A stretch of DNA of 64,000 nucleotides from Amphiscolops sp. MND2022. Its lineage: Eukaryota. Under the pieces are notes generated by a model, which was given only the letters and a program-made list of their open reading frames with translations, ran no database searches and was not told the DNA's origin. Shown piece by piece: positions 1 to 12,413 of this stretch (within the stretch, counting starts at the first letter, position 1; the number at the start of each line of letters is the position of its first letter). The translations under genes and the position numbers were made by a program. The stretch spans positions 1,364,001-1,428,000 of the forward strand of contig OZ076409.1 in NCBI GenBank assembly GCA_964187785.1, in the 5' to 3' direction.

Positions 1-1630
1 TTTTAGTCCACGTTCGTCAAGTGCAATTTTCGCACTTTCGTCTTTTTTTACCGTTATCACTACTCGTTGTATGAATTCTTTGTCAGTTACCTCTATATCG
101 CGTTGTATATGTCCTTCTTCTAATAGTTGTCTCTATTTCCTTTTGCACTGCTTCTTGCAGTTGCATAGAATACCTTCTACCCTTTTGCTGAGTTGTTTTT
201 GCACTTGGTTTAAACTCAATTTTTACTTCGTGGCCTATTAATTGTCCTTGTCTTTTGAACAAGTCTCCGTTTTTTGTTCCTTCAAACCAATTTGTCCAAT
301 AATATCGTTTTGAGTGTCCACTTAAATTTCTTTTGCCACTTCACTTGGTTTGCCTAATTTGTTTGGCTGCTAGCAATTTGTAGTAATTCTATGAAATGCG
401 TGATTACCACTTTTCTGATTGGGTGAGACAGACTTGTAGTTGCGAGCATTGAGCCAATCAGTGATTTCGATCTTTTCTCTGTATCCAAAATCCGGGCCTG
501 CTGAAGATTGCTCTCGCCTACTTCTAGTTGACAGAATCCCAGTAAGTTGAGTTTTCGTCAGTTGAAATCAACATATTTTACTTTTTTGGGCAGTTCTCGG
601 GATAAATAATATCTTCCGTTTCATTATCTCATTTTTCTAACCGATTTTAAATATAGTCACGTGTAGTCAACCAATGGATTTCTGTTTTTTCTTCCGGACT
701 TCGTGAATTCGGCGTTTTCGTCTTCCTAAATGGTCAGCACTATCTTGTCTTCGTCAGTCACTGATTCATTTTCGTTGCTGCTTTGATCGCACTCATCGAT
801 TCTCTGATTTCTTTGTGGTGGTTTTATTACTTTTCTCTTCCATTGTTCCCTGCACCTTTAGTCTGGCAACATTTTGCAATTTATCCCTTTTTTCCGCATT
901 TCATCAATCCGATGGCTTTACCTTCTTTTAAATGTTGTGGGGCAAATTTTCCTTCATAAATGAAGCATTTTTGTTTGGGGCCCATCTTTTTGCCCCTTGA
1001 TAAATGTTGTTTAATTCAATTACTTCCGTTTTGATGTTTGGCTTCTCCATCGTGTTGAACGACTGCTGTCTGAGTGCCTTTTTCACAGGCGATGGCGAAC
1101 TAGATTGTTTCGGGCACTGTTCCTTTTAGATCAGTGTCCAATTTCTGCTGAACTTCTTTGTTTACCATGTTCACAGTGAAAACGTCTTTAACAAGACTTT
1201 ACCTTATTCGCCAAATTTACATTTTGGCGACAAACCGTTCAACTCGTTCCAAAACTTTTGCGAACTTTCTTCCTCCTTTTGCTTACAACTGAGAAGTTTG
1301 AATACGTCCAAACTTTCGTTCTTTGGCTTTTCGAAACAATTTTTGTAAATTCTTGTAACGTCAGTAAGACTTACCCTGGCGATTTTGGTTGTTGCAAGTT
1401 TATCTGCCATTGTTTGTCAAGCTAATGTTCCCAAGGCCAGGTGCAGTACATTGATAGCCTTTTTTTGTTGCTGGTATTTCATCCATATCGTGCATTAAGC
1501 TCTTATTTTTCAATCCACTAGTTTTGGTTAACTCGGATATAAAAACATTGCGTTTTGCCATGAGAGCGACTTCGAAGACATCTGTCCATTTCCCCCTCAA
1601 GTCGTAGTGATTTTGATGCATCTGTCCAAT
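1..1630 (-). pseudogene. Decayed Ty3/Gypsy (Mag-like) gag-PR-RT fragment; runs off the window start
   Basis: ORF 1400-1621 KWTDVFEVALMAK..ISELT resembles KWLDLFQVAVMAK..ITELT of the 47848 ORF. ORF 1204-1410 FWNELNGLSPKCKFGE resembles FWHTLNGLAALCDFGE. Bases 1-60 on the minus strand read VITVKKDESAKIALDERGL vs VITVKKDKSVKIALDARAL. Multiple frameshifts and stops. Confidence 0.85.
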
Positions 1631-2349
1631 AACTGGGTAAGTATGAAGAAATGATGCTAGAAGGGTATTTATAATTCATTTAACTTCGATAGATCATACC
1701 CTCTTCTTCAAAACGATGCAACCGATAACACTAAAGGTGTTTTTCTTTCGAAGCCTTTTTTTCGTAAACGATCTCTACAAGGAGCCAAAAATAAAGCAAC
1801 TCATAAAGAAGGAGACAAAACAGTAAGTTCAGTTTTAGATTCTCTAGCTCTACAGTTGAGGCAGGAAATGTAGATCTTCGTGAACAGGACAAAGTGCTCT
1901 CTGTGCCGTTCAATTCAAACTATTCCAGGATCGAGTACTGCCTGCTGGAAAGTTTTACAACTGCGTTGAAGGAGGAAAAGATACAAATCTTGATAACCCA
2001 ATCTCTGAAGGAACTCTTCAAATTGCTTCAGCTCGGAAACAGCAGAAAAAACATCAATTTCTCAGAAAGCGGTGACGAAACGCTAACCGAGAGTTTATTA
2101 CCCCAACAAAATCTGTCCTTCCTTGCAACACCCAAAACAGTCTATCATAACGTTAGCCCGTAAGAACGGTTAAATGCCTTTTTTGTTTAAATATTGGACC
2201 ATTTTTCCCATTTTGAAGCGAAGATTTTGGAAGAAACAGAACTTTCTGGAGGAAAAGTAGTCGAAAGTCTACCGGTCTACCAAAAAAGCAAGTGCTAAGT
2301 TGTCATAGGCTATGAGAAAAAGTGTTCAGGTCAAAAAATTTCAGAAATT

Positions 2350-2449
2350 ACCAGAAAAATTTTATACTGGCGAATTGCTTGGTTTATGCGGTGCCTATGA
2401 AAAATGATGAGAAGTGCTTTGAAATTCGCCAGTATAAAATTTTTCTGGT
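2350..2449. repeat. Short foldback (27-bp perfect inverted repeat)
   Basis: accagaaaaattttatactggcgaatt at 2350-2376 and its reverse complement at 2423-2449. Confidence 0.85.
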
Positions 2450-2543
2450 GAAACACGCAGTAGAACTTTTCAATTGCTCTAGTAACTGCAAGACGTAAAA
2501 AATTAGTGACGTGCCACCACTTAACTGGAGAATATTAGGAAAC

Positions 2544-2785
2544 CGTCAGAAGAACAGTAATTTCTAGATAATTTCACCTAGCCCCAGCTCATCAAATTCA
2601 TTTCCATGATTTATGACATGATTTACGATGCAGTGCGCAATGCATGAAATGAAACCATGCTACATGTACGGTTTCTGTGGAATCTTTTTCCCCAGGAAAT
2701 TCTGAATACAGGTAGAATCTGTCGTAAATGAATTTGATGAGCTGGGGTTAGGTGAAATTATCTAGAAATTACTGTTCTTCTGACG
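2544..2785. mobile_element. MITE-like element with ~60-bp TIRs
   Basis: cgtcagaagaacagtaatttctagataatttcacct... at 2544-2603 is inverted at ~2726-2785; no clear TSD. Confidence 0.6.
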
Positions 2786-4980
2786 AGACACTTTCGAGAA
2801 ACTTTCCCTTGGTAGGCAATTTTATTCTCTTCCTTCATGTCGGTTTCCGCATGTTTTCACAGCGGTGCTAATTACCTTTCCTCATAAAGCGTATTTGGCT
2901 GTTTGAATCTGCTAAAAGACAGTTCTGACACTTTTCACGAAGCGAGCTGCGGCGATGGAAACACGATTTTAATGGATCTAACATTTTCATTCCCGGATTA
3001 CGTTTGAAATATGTAGAAATATCTCCTGTTTAGACGGGCGCTAAGCTTACAACATTTCGACCGCGCATTCCGAATTTCTCTGTGAAATTAAGATATTTAT
3101 TTGCAAAACGAAATGCATTCTCAAACAAGATATATCGGTGTTTATATTTTTTCTATTGACAGCATGTTTCCGAGAGATCAATGTTCTCTTTCAATTTAAT
3201 ATATTCTTGTGAGACAAAGCGGTCAAAACAAATTACAAGGCTTAACGAAAGACGTTTCAGAGCGAATATCCTATTTTTTTGGTTTGGCTAATGAAACTTG
3301 ACATACATGTAAATTCGAACATTAATTCTACATTTGCATTCGATAAAAAAGAATTGGCTTTGTTTTCAAGTTTGTAATTCTTGATAATGAACTGGTTTGC
3401 ACTTAACTGTAAAAACTGTTGTGATATAAATTAATTTGTATTTAATGTAAGACTTGTACAAGTATATTGTATTCTACTTATTGTTCCACTATACACGATG
3501 GCGTTGTAAGTTGCGGAGGAAAGCGTGGAATGGTGTTGTATGGTAAGTATATGGTAAGCATGGTGTTACCATAATGAAAATATATATTGGTTACAACGCG
3601 TACCAACAAGGACTGTCAGTTAAAATAGGAGCTAGCATGGCGCTGTTGGCTGACGTTCATTTCGCGTAACGTACCAGTTAGCAGGCAGGCAAGTGAATGC
3701 CAGTGTTTACAAGCCAGTAGTCTGCGCCTGGGATTTTATCCGGCAAATGCTACCGCTGGAATAAATAACATGCCATTCGCAAAACTGATCAATCTATGTA
3801 ACATTTGTTTACCATTTATCCCTGCTTGCGCCTTGCGTTGCTGCAAAAACAATAGGAATTAAGCACAATAAAAGAAGTAACGGAAAAGGAAATGAATTGT
3901 CATGTAACCCATTCGCCTGACATGCGCTATAAAGGACATCCGTGAACCATCATGGCATGGAACAGAAAAATTCAAGGAACATACCCCCACAGTTACAAAT
4001 ACTGCAACTCTTCGATCCAAAGACGATTCCAGTTTTTATTCACTTTATTCACTTTTTATTCACTTTTTGTTCACACTTAGCTCCGTGAATTTTCACACTT
4101 ACTTTGTTTGTCACTATTTATCTTCACACTTCGTTCACATTTGTTTTACCGCCAAAGCCGTGAGAAAAAAGTGAGAAATTCGTGTTTTGTTTTTCATGAC
4201 GTAATTTACGGTTATGCAATTCTGGATGCTTGAATTTACGTCATGGTGGCATTATACATTTTGGCCATGATTTCCAAAAAAGAGCAGTTTTATTTCAGGT
4301 AAGCGTTTTATAGAGACAAAGTATTGCAGAATGTCTTTGAAAAAGCAGCCCAGCATACAGTCAAATATTTATTTTAACCTAGTTAACTACAAAAAGGAGC
4401 CATTTAAAGCCCGCCTACTACTGAATAACCAATTTAATTGGTTACAGACCTTTTCTCGGGAAAGAAATTATCTTGGTCTCTTACAAAGGAAACCAAAAAT
4501 CTTGGCTTTATTAAAATCTAATATGGTCCCAATTTCATTGAAAATTGAAGAGTCGTGGAGGTATTTGCGAAATCATTGTTGGATTTCATATGTCACTACT
4601 AGAATTACTAGTTTGTTTAATTCATTAACAGATTTTTCCATCTGCTTTAGACTGAAAGTGAATTGTTCGAATGAATGAATTAACTCCACCGTCCTTGAGA
4701 CCGGTACCCAATTACTGTTAATTACCGTCTGGTGATTGGTTTGTAGGGGATACAGTTAGATAAATAGATAGACATTGCACAGTCGAGATGGCTTATTTTC
4801 CTAGGTGAACCAAAAAAAAACGAAACGCTTTAAAATTGTTTGAGCTTTCAAAGTTTCAAATATTTGTCAACAAATATTTCAAAACACTGGCATCTTGTTT
4901 GAAAATGCCACCGACAAGTTTATGGATACCCCGTCCACAAAAAATGTATTTCGGATCTTTAGCGTGAAACTCGATGGGTA

Positions 4981-6460
4981 CCCGGGTCAACCCTACATGG
5001 ATATCTTAGTAAGATCTTGGAAAAATCTTAGCTAAGATCGTGACAAGATATTGCCAAAAATTGCAAGATGCCATGGTAAGATTTTATCAAGAGAGCCATG
5101 TTTCCAAGAAAAATCTTACTAAGAAGCCCAATATGGCAAGAAAAATTTTACTAAGAAGCCGAATATGGCAAGAAAAATCTAACTAAGAAGCCGAATATGG
5201 CAAGAAAAAATTGCTACGAACTGCTTGATATCGAGAAAAAGTAGAATCAGAAAACCATTAAATTTAAAGCTATTGAAAATCCAAAACTCACTTAAAACGA
5301 TAAAATACAAGACTTTCTTCAACCATTAGAAAAACCTCAAAACAACTGAAATATATTTTTAATGTCACCAAAATAAAATCTAACATCTAAAAATCACTGA
5401 GTTTATTTAAAATTCACAGGAATAAGATCTAAAACCACTGGAATAAGAACTGAAATCACAGGAATGAAATCTGAAACCACTGAACTGAAAACCGAATGAA
5501 CAGCAATATACATGGAATAAGATCTAAAATTCCGCAAAAAGTCATATTCTACAATCTCATTCGTAAAAAGTCAAAAAATGGACAAAAAGCCGCGTACGTC
5601 GGTTTTCATTTTAATCTAAAGCCACTGGAATAAGGACTAAAATCTCTGGAAAATCTAAAATTCAACAGAACGACGATATTTTCTGTAACATAAGGAAAAC
5701 CCCTGAAAAACCTTGTACTTCGGTTTTCATTTCACAGGAATAAGATCTAAAGCCACTGGAATGAGGACTAAAATCACAGGAATAAGATCTAACACCACTG
5801 AACTGAGAACCGAATCCATCGAATGTCGTTTTGGGGAATTTTCAATCTTATTCCATGTATATTGCTAGGAATATACATGGAATAAGATCTAAAATTCCCC
5901 AAAATGACATTATCTCCAATTTCATATAGAAAACCCCTGAATGGACCAAAAACAGTGTACATCGAATCTCATTTCAGTAGATTAGGATCTGAAACCACTG
6001 ATCTTTAGAATAAGGACTCAGATCTCTGGAATAAGATCTAAAAGTCCCCCAAAATGTCAATATTTTCGCCAATTTCACCCCAAAAACCCTTCAAAATTTC
6101 CAAAAAACCTTGTAGGCGGTTCTCATTTCACTGTTGTAAGATCTAAAACCACTGGAATAAGGTTTGGATTCACAAGGAATTTGAATCTTTTCAGGAAATC
6201 AAGGTCCAGGCTGAGAAATCGCGTAAAGACTCGGCAAAAGAATTAATATACGAATGTAGCTATTTTCAGCACTCTCGATCGAAATTTTGAAATCTTAGAA
6301 TATTTTCTATCTTAGTAAGATTCGATCTTGGAATGATGATACATCTGGGTAAGATCTTAGTAAGAATCTTGCCATGGGATCCATGGCTGCCAAGATGTAG
6401 TAAGAAATTGGTAAGATCTTGCCAAGGCAGCCAAGATGCTAGTAAGAGGGTCAACCCATT
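4981..6460. repeat. Probable non-autonomous DNA-transposon derivative with AAGATCTT-rich ends and internal GGAATAAGATCTAAAA repeats
   Basis: Starts TA|CCCGGGTCAACCCT. Both ends have dense aagatct motifs, and ~30-bp tandem units lie at ~5105-5210. The ggaataagatctaaaa motif recurs at 5400-6150 and again at 31090-31200. Boundaries approximate. Confidence 0.5.
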
Positions 6461-8093
6461 ACCCATAAGAGGGATGAAATAATAACTCAACTGAGTTAGG
6501 TTTAATTAACCAAAATTAGTTTCGATGGGAGTTGCGGAAGGCTGAGAATGCAACAGGTTGAAAATGCCAACGGTTGGAATTGCAGAGTTTGAAATTGCAT
6601 AGGACGAAATGTCTTGTAACCGAAACGTATTGTTCTATTATGAATTAAAAAGCCAAATAAGGAGCTTGAAACCGTTTTTCGGTACAAGGATTCATTAATC
6701 TGAAACTCGAAATGGAGGAAAGCTCCGCAAAAAATTTCCCTACATTTCACTGAATTTTCTAGCTCTGTACTAGGTGAAAACTTCCCGCAATATCAATTTA
6801 TACTTGTTGCAATTAAATTGGCGTTCATTCTCCATAAAATAAGTTTTCTGATTGTTAATCAAGAGTCATTTCGGTTAGTTTATTTTCTCTAATGTAAGTT
6901 TTTCCATGCCACAAACATCAAATTTGGTTCACATGAGAGATAAAATTGCCGAAATGACCTTAATTTCAATTTATTATTGCATGGAATTATATATTCTGTA
7001 ACAGCATATCTGAACTGTTGATGAATATAGATGTAATTGCATTTTCTTCATACATAATTGACAGAAAATCCAATTGACTTTTCTTTATGTAGCGACCAAC
7101 GGGGCAAAGCGTTTCGAAATTTCGGCAGAAAAATCAATTCTCCGATCAATTTTTATGACAGTTTTCGCGACTAAAAATGAAAAAATATAGTCAAACACCC
7201 ATCAAAAAGTTTTATAACTTTTTTCTTTGTCATATTCATTGCTGATCTATAGACATCCGTTCTCCATTTTCAAAACAATCCACTTCGTGAACTTCTGATT
7301 TTTTCTTTTAAAATTCTCAAACTATCTCTACCTCCACTTAACTATTGTTTGCTATTGTCATATTTTTTCTTCTTTCTTTCTTTTTTTTTTCACTCTACCT
7401 TCTTTTTTTCTTTACGAGCCACTGTAATTGTTACCTGTGCTTTGCAGCGTCTTCATTCAGCAAAGGTTGCTGCATAATTTTGCCGCGCTTTTCCCAATTT
7501 TTACCGCGCTTTTCCGTACACATGCATGGATAATAACAATAGTTTTGGTCAGTCTCCCATCAATTATTCACACCAGCGGTTCCACCGTGAATATTTTTCC
7601 AACTTAATTTTTGTCGGACGACCGTGAACCAAAGTCCACTGCAGTTAAATACGCCGCATATATGGTACAAATCTACACACACATAAAAAAGAGAACCACC
7701 GCATCAGTAGTAGTAGAAGTGTCACCGTATTCCTAACTAAGCACCATTTTACCAATTTTTCTTACCATTTTTCTCTCAGTTCATTGGGAGCAGCGGCATT
7801 GTTTTTATATATTATTATATTTTTTCTATATCCCCTCTACCTATCTGTGAAAATTCTATACCCCACCTTATAAACATCCTCTCCCGAATTTACCAATTAT
7901 CTGATCGGATTGCTTGAATTTCCAGCCTTTCCCGGATTTACTGGAAATTTCATTGACTAAAAAGTAGAATACGCAAAAATCATCAACTAAAAAGTTGTGC
8001 AGTCTAACTGATGGTAAGTGTTTAGAAATATAATATTGCAATGAGCAAGGTTAGATATTAACCTAATCAATTAAGGGCTGACCGAACAACCTA

Positions 8094-8656
8094 CAGCAGC
8101 GTTCTAAAATATCGAAGTTTTTTCCGCAAAGTGAGTAGCTTAGAATTATTTTTTTTTCATTCGGAGACTCCCTATAATATCCCGAACCTACTGAATTGTC
8201 TTGATCCAGAATTTGTTTCGGATCAGGAAAAATGCACTATTTTTTGTGTCTATGAGCACTGAAGTACATGTATTAAGATAGGCTATAAAAATTGTATTAA
8301 GACAAATGTTGATTTTTATTTGAAATCGAAAAAGTTTTCCGATTAAATTATATTAACATCCTCAGGAGATTTGGGGGCAAATGATTCACTGAAAATTTTT
8401 CAAAACTATTCTTTCAACTTTGTGAAAATCAAGAAAACCTGCAAATTTGATGAAATTTTGTCAAAATTTACAATTTCTAACTTTTGTAATTTTTGTCGTA
8501 GAAATTTCAAACTAACATTTTTGTAAACTAGATAAAATTCTCAGAAACTTTCCTAGCTGGCAAATGTTTGTATTCGTGACAGTTTACGAGATATTTGGTT
8601 TTGAATTTTGCCATTTTAAGCGATGAATGGAGTTGCGATATTTTAGAACGCTGCTG
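8094..8656. mobile_element. Tc1/mariner-type MITE
   Basis: 21-bp TIR cagcagcgttctaaaatatcg (8094-8114 / 8636-8656) flanked by TA on both sides. Confidence 0.85.
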
Positions 8657-9646
8657 TAACACTTGTTATTGAATGAAGGTGAAATAATTATCTCTGGATC
8701 TTACCTCTAACGGACCTCGAAATCTCGGATCTATCTCTGGCGCGTCGACCCGGGTTTTTGGGTATTGTAGCGAACTAAGTTTTTGAAAAGCTAGATAATA
8801 CTAGAGTAAAAAATGAATTATCTGCTACTTAAAAATCAAAATTTGAAAATAAAAATGATCTGATATATTGATTTGAAAATTCTCTCCACTAAATATTAGA
8901 TAGAGACCAACTATTTTGGTAACTTTAGAAACCACAAACACAGAAAAAAAAGAGAAAATCCGGAAAAAAGAGAATATGAGGCAAAGCAATTATGAGAACA
9001 TAAAATGAAGAATTCGAATGCTCATTCATTTGATCAAAATATAAATTAAAACAGTTCCAAAATACGCAGATTGCTTTCATGACCGCTTTATGCTTTGTCA
9101 TTTGACCTCGTTCAAATTAAATTCTGATCAAACTGAAAGTCTTTGAATTTTCATTCATCAAAAATTGTCGGCCCTGCTTCTGTTTCGCAATAAAAATGCA
9201 TCGGGAATAGTGCAAAGGGCTTTAATCAGTTACAACAGGCGCCAAAAGTCGTAAAAACGAACAATTATTTACCTTTTTACGATGCACGCGCGCAATTCTG
9301 TAATCACATTCGAATTTTTGAATCTTTGTCCGAAGCACTCCAAAGAGGTTGTTACTGCTTTAGTCGCCAGGAGACCTGAGCCTTTAACTTCTGAAATCTC
9401 CTTTGACATTTCATCCTCACGTCCATATAAGCTTCAATTGTAGCCCAAAAGGTCTTGTTTCGGTTGAATCTTTGAGTAATTATCAACATTTCCCATTATG
9501 TTTTTGGAAAAATGAATAATGATGGGGACCATGTTTCTTAGTAACCCCCCCTCCCAGGTACACCTTGTTTCTTATTTCCCCGTATTTTGAGAAAACAGCT
9601 TTTATGACGAATCGGCTTTTATTATTGAAAAAATTCTTGAACAAAT

Positions 9647-9703
9647 GAAAGAATTTGATATAGTTACAATTAAAACCTTGAGGATTATCTCTATAGCTCT
9701 GTT
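9647..9703 (+). repeat. Left copy of 57-bp direct duplication flanking the Polinton
   Basis: gaaagaatttgatatag...ctatagctctgtt; 56/57 identical to 24784-24840. Confidence 0.95.
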
Positions 9704-9873
9704 AGTAGTATAGGAAATCCCGATACGGGCCACAAAAACCCCAAAAATTAAAAGTCCTCAAAACCATTGATTTTAAGCACTTTTTAGAAAACAAATCATC
9801 GCGAAAGCTCCCGCAAAATAGTGTTTTTACCATGAAGCAAAATTCACTAACCTCTATAGTTTAATGTCAACGT
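9704..9873 (+). repeat. Polinton left TIR (170 bp)
   Basis: agtagtataggaaatccc...aatgtcaacgt; 9707-9873 is the exact reverse complement of 24617-24783. Confidence 0.95.
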
Positions 9874-9904
9874 CGCACACACAACAATGAAAAATAACTA
9901 ATAA

Positions 9905-10336
9905 ATGGCGCGACAGCTAACACAGCTTCACAATTACCTCTCATTCAAAGACTTTGTTGAAAAATATGGATTAAAAAACGAAGCAACTTCCAATGTAAAA
10001 ATAAAAGAAATACTTAATGAATTAAATATTCCCTGTGGAATATACATGAGAGATGATAAGTTTAACACTACCAGTGGTATAGTTAACTTACATCCCTCAG
10101 TGGGAACACATTGGGTTATGTGTACAAATCAAAATTATTTTGATCCATATGGATGCCCACCCCCAACTAATATACTTAATCATATTAAAAATGGTATTTA
10201 TTCAGAATATCAAATTCAGACCAACGACAGTTATTGCGCGGCGTATTGTTTATACACACTGTATCTCACAAATAAAATTGGGTTCAAAAATGCAGTACTA
10301 AATTTATACTACCAAACTTTCAAACTTAATAAATGA
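9905..10336 (+). CDS. Adenain-like (adenoviral-type) cysteine maturation protease
   Basis: GTHWV (His), YFDPYG (Asp), QIQ (oxyanion Gln) and YCAAYC (Cys) in the order typical of the Polinton protease. Confidence 0.92.
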   Translation: MARQLTQLHNYLSFKDFVEKYGLKNEATSNVKIKEILNELNIPCGIYMRDDKFNTTSGIVNLHPSVGTHWVMCTNQNYFDPYGCPPPTNILNHIKNGIYSEYQIQTNDSYCAAYCLYTLYLTNKIGFKNAVLNLYYQTFKLNK

Positions 10337-10539
10337 AGAAAATTAGTAATTATTCAACTCAATATAAAATTATCTCGCACAGCTCCACAGAACAGCTTCA
10401 CAATCAAAATCATGGGAAAAATACAACAAATTTGCAGAAGCTATCGCGGAAGCTATCGCATAAGAAAACATTATCAAAAGATAGACAAGAATTTATAAAT
10501 AACATTTCCGCTAGTGGATTCAAACAATTTAATCTATAA
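10333..10539 (+). CDS. Small basic hypothetical protein (possible core/DNA-condensing peptide)
   Basis: 68 aa, Lys-rich, ATAAATG start, packed between protease and penton. Confidence 0.6.
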   Translation: MKKISNYSTQYKIISHSSTEQLHNQNHGKNTTNLQKLSRKLSHKKTLSKDRQEFINNISASGFKQFNL

Positions 10540-10542
10540 TAA

Positions 10543-11850
10543 ATGGATCTATCCACCTTCGTAACATATGATAAAAAAGAATCTCTTCTTTTAAGTATTG
10601 CAAAATCTAATCAAGAAATTGTTGAAAATACTCATTCTAAACCACAAGAAACTCTAGAATTTAAAATGACTAAACAAAAAGAATCTTTCTCATTTGATGT
10701 TCCGTTACTACTGCCTGAAAAATGGATGATGGGAGTAACAAGTTTAGAAGTATACAACACTGTATATAACATTACTGAAAAGAATAACAAACTACAAATT
10801 ATTCTGAATGATCAACAACTCAAAGAACTTAAACTTGATAGTGGATTAATACTGTTTGTTGAAGATTTATACGTTACTTATTTTGGTAAACCTTACACAC
10901 TTAGTGAGAATAATGAAGTTGTAGAAAAGGCCAATAAACTTATTACTAATAGTTATTCTAAAAAGAATAAACTTACTAGAATAGATTTTGATTATTTAAC
11001 AAAGATAGTTAAATCACTCAATGAAATATACAACAATCGCCTCAACCAGGAAACAATAAACCAAGAAAAATTAAACCAAGAAAAACTAAATCGAGAAAGA
11101 ATAATTAAAGCATACAAAGATCACCTAAAACAGGTAAAAATAAATTGGGAAGAAATAAAGTGGGAGGAAATAATTTTGGAGGACGCGAAAGCTACCGCGA
11201 CAACTAACACAGCTTCGCAAACAACCCAAGAAAATCACGAAGATGACAAAGATGACGAAGATGACGAAGTAAACCAAGTAAACCAAGCAAACCAAATAAA
11301 TCAAATAAATTTACCCCCTTTTGACATTGTTGAAAACGATTTCTTTGAAATTTATCTAACACCAGGAGTTTATGAACTAGTTGATATAAATAATGCTATT
11401 AAACAAAAAATTAATGAAAGTGATTATGATTTCAAATTTGATTTAATACCTGACACAATATCAATGAAATCAGTTTTAACAACCTCAAACAAAATTCAAT
11501 TTAACTCCAAACTTAACACAGTCTTGGGCTTTACACACACAGTATACCCACCCGGAACTCACACTTCAGAAAAACCAGTCATGATAACAACCACCGACAA
11601 AGTTCATCTGAAGTGCGACTGTGTAGATGGTTCAATTGTTAATGGTATACGAGAACAAATTTTATTTTCTTTCAATTTAAGCGCACCTCCCGGATATAAA
11701 ATTATAAAAGAACCCACAACTGTTTTGTACAAATCAATTAACAAAACACGACTGGACACCATTCAATTTTTCCTTGAAGACTCTAATCATGATTCAGTTG
11801 ATTTCAACGGGGAGACACTCACCTTCACAATTCAAATTATCAAAATTTAA
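10543..11850 (+). CDS. Minor capsid protein (penton, single jelly roll) with large internal insertion
   Basis: C-terminus CDCVDGSIVNG..ILFSF..PPGYKI..P..LY..IQFFLED...VDFNGE is typical of Polinton pentons; the N-terminal YNITEKNNK and LTPGVYE..IN motifs are separated by ~180 aa. Confidence 0.85.
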   Translation: MDLSTFVTYDKKESLLLSIAKSNQEIVENTHSKPQETLEFKMTKQKESFSFDVPLLLPEKWMMGVTSLEVYNTVYNITEKNNKLQIILNDQQLKELKLDSGLILFVEDLYVTYFGKPYTLSENNEVVEKANKLITNSYSKKNKLTRIDFDYLTKIVKSLNEIYNNRLNQETINQEKLNQEKLNRERIIKAYKDHLKQVKINWEEIKWEEIILEDAKATATTNTASQTTQENHEDDKDDEDDEVNQVNQANQINQINLPPFDIVENDFFEIYLTPGVYELVDINNAIKQKINESDYDFKFDLIPDTISMKSVLTTSNKIQFNSKLNTVLGFTHTVYPPGTHTSEKPVMITTTDKVHLKCDCVDGSIVNGIREQILFSFNLSAPPGYKIIKEPTTVLYKSINKTRLDTIQFFLEDSNHDSVDFNGETLTFTIQIIKI

Positions 11851-11868
11851 TACTTTTAATAATAATAA

Positions 11869-12387
11869 ATGAGTTATAATAAATTTATAAATAATTCATA
11901 TTGTGTTGGTGGAAAACATTATTCTCCCACCAGAAATATTTATGGAGATATTACAAACACTGGGATGCAGATGGGCAGGCCCGTAAAAATATTACGTGGC
12001 AACTGCGTAACGTGTAACAGAAACAAGAGTCTAATTGTATCTGACCGACCAGTAGATGCGGAAGGATTGGGAGACTTTTTCAAACATTTAGGTTCTGCAG
12101 CCAAAAATGTTGGAAAGAAAATACTCAATAACCCAGCAAGAGCTCTAGAAGTAGCAGCAAATATTGGAACTGCAGCAGCAAGTAAAAATCCACGATTAAT
12201 TGCCGCAACTGCCCCCGATGTTATTAAATTTGTTCATCAAGGGAAGGGCCTATACAAAGCTGAAGCATTGTCGAGTAAAGGCAGCAAAATAGGCAACGCA
12301 AGCGGCAGCAAAGCAGCTAACACAAGCAACACAAACAGAAAAGCAAGAACTAATAGTAAAGGCCTTTATCTGGGGAAAATCCACTAG
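11869..12387 (+). CDS. Putative core/virion protein: Zn-ribbon-like N-terminus plus amphipathic helix
   Basis: YCVGGKH...LRGNCVTCNRNKS, then EGLGDFFKHLGSAAKNVGKKIL; basic; GxGL-like motifs. Confidence 0.7.
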   Translation: MSYNKFINNSYCVGGKHYSPTRNIYGDITNTGMQMGRPVKILRGNCVTCNRNKSLIVSDRPVDAEGLGDFFKHLGSAAKNVGKKILNNPARALEVAANIGTAAASKNPRLIAATAPDVIKFVHQGKGLYKAEALSSKGSKIGNASGSKAANTSNTNRKARTNSKGLYLGKIH

Positions 12388-12413
12388 TTATATGCATTAA
12401 TTATACTTAATAA

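Noticed and set aside
1731..9600. Host protein-coding exons (e.g. ORFs 1894-2163, 4331-4678)
   Set aside because: No recognisable domains or convincing splice structure; small exons cannot be excluded without RNA data
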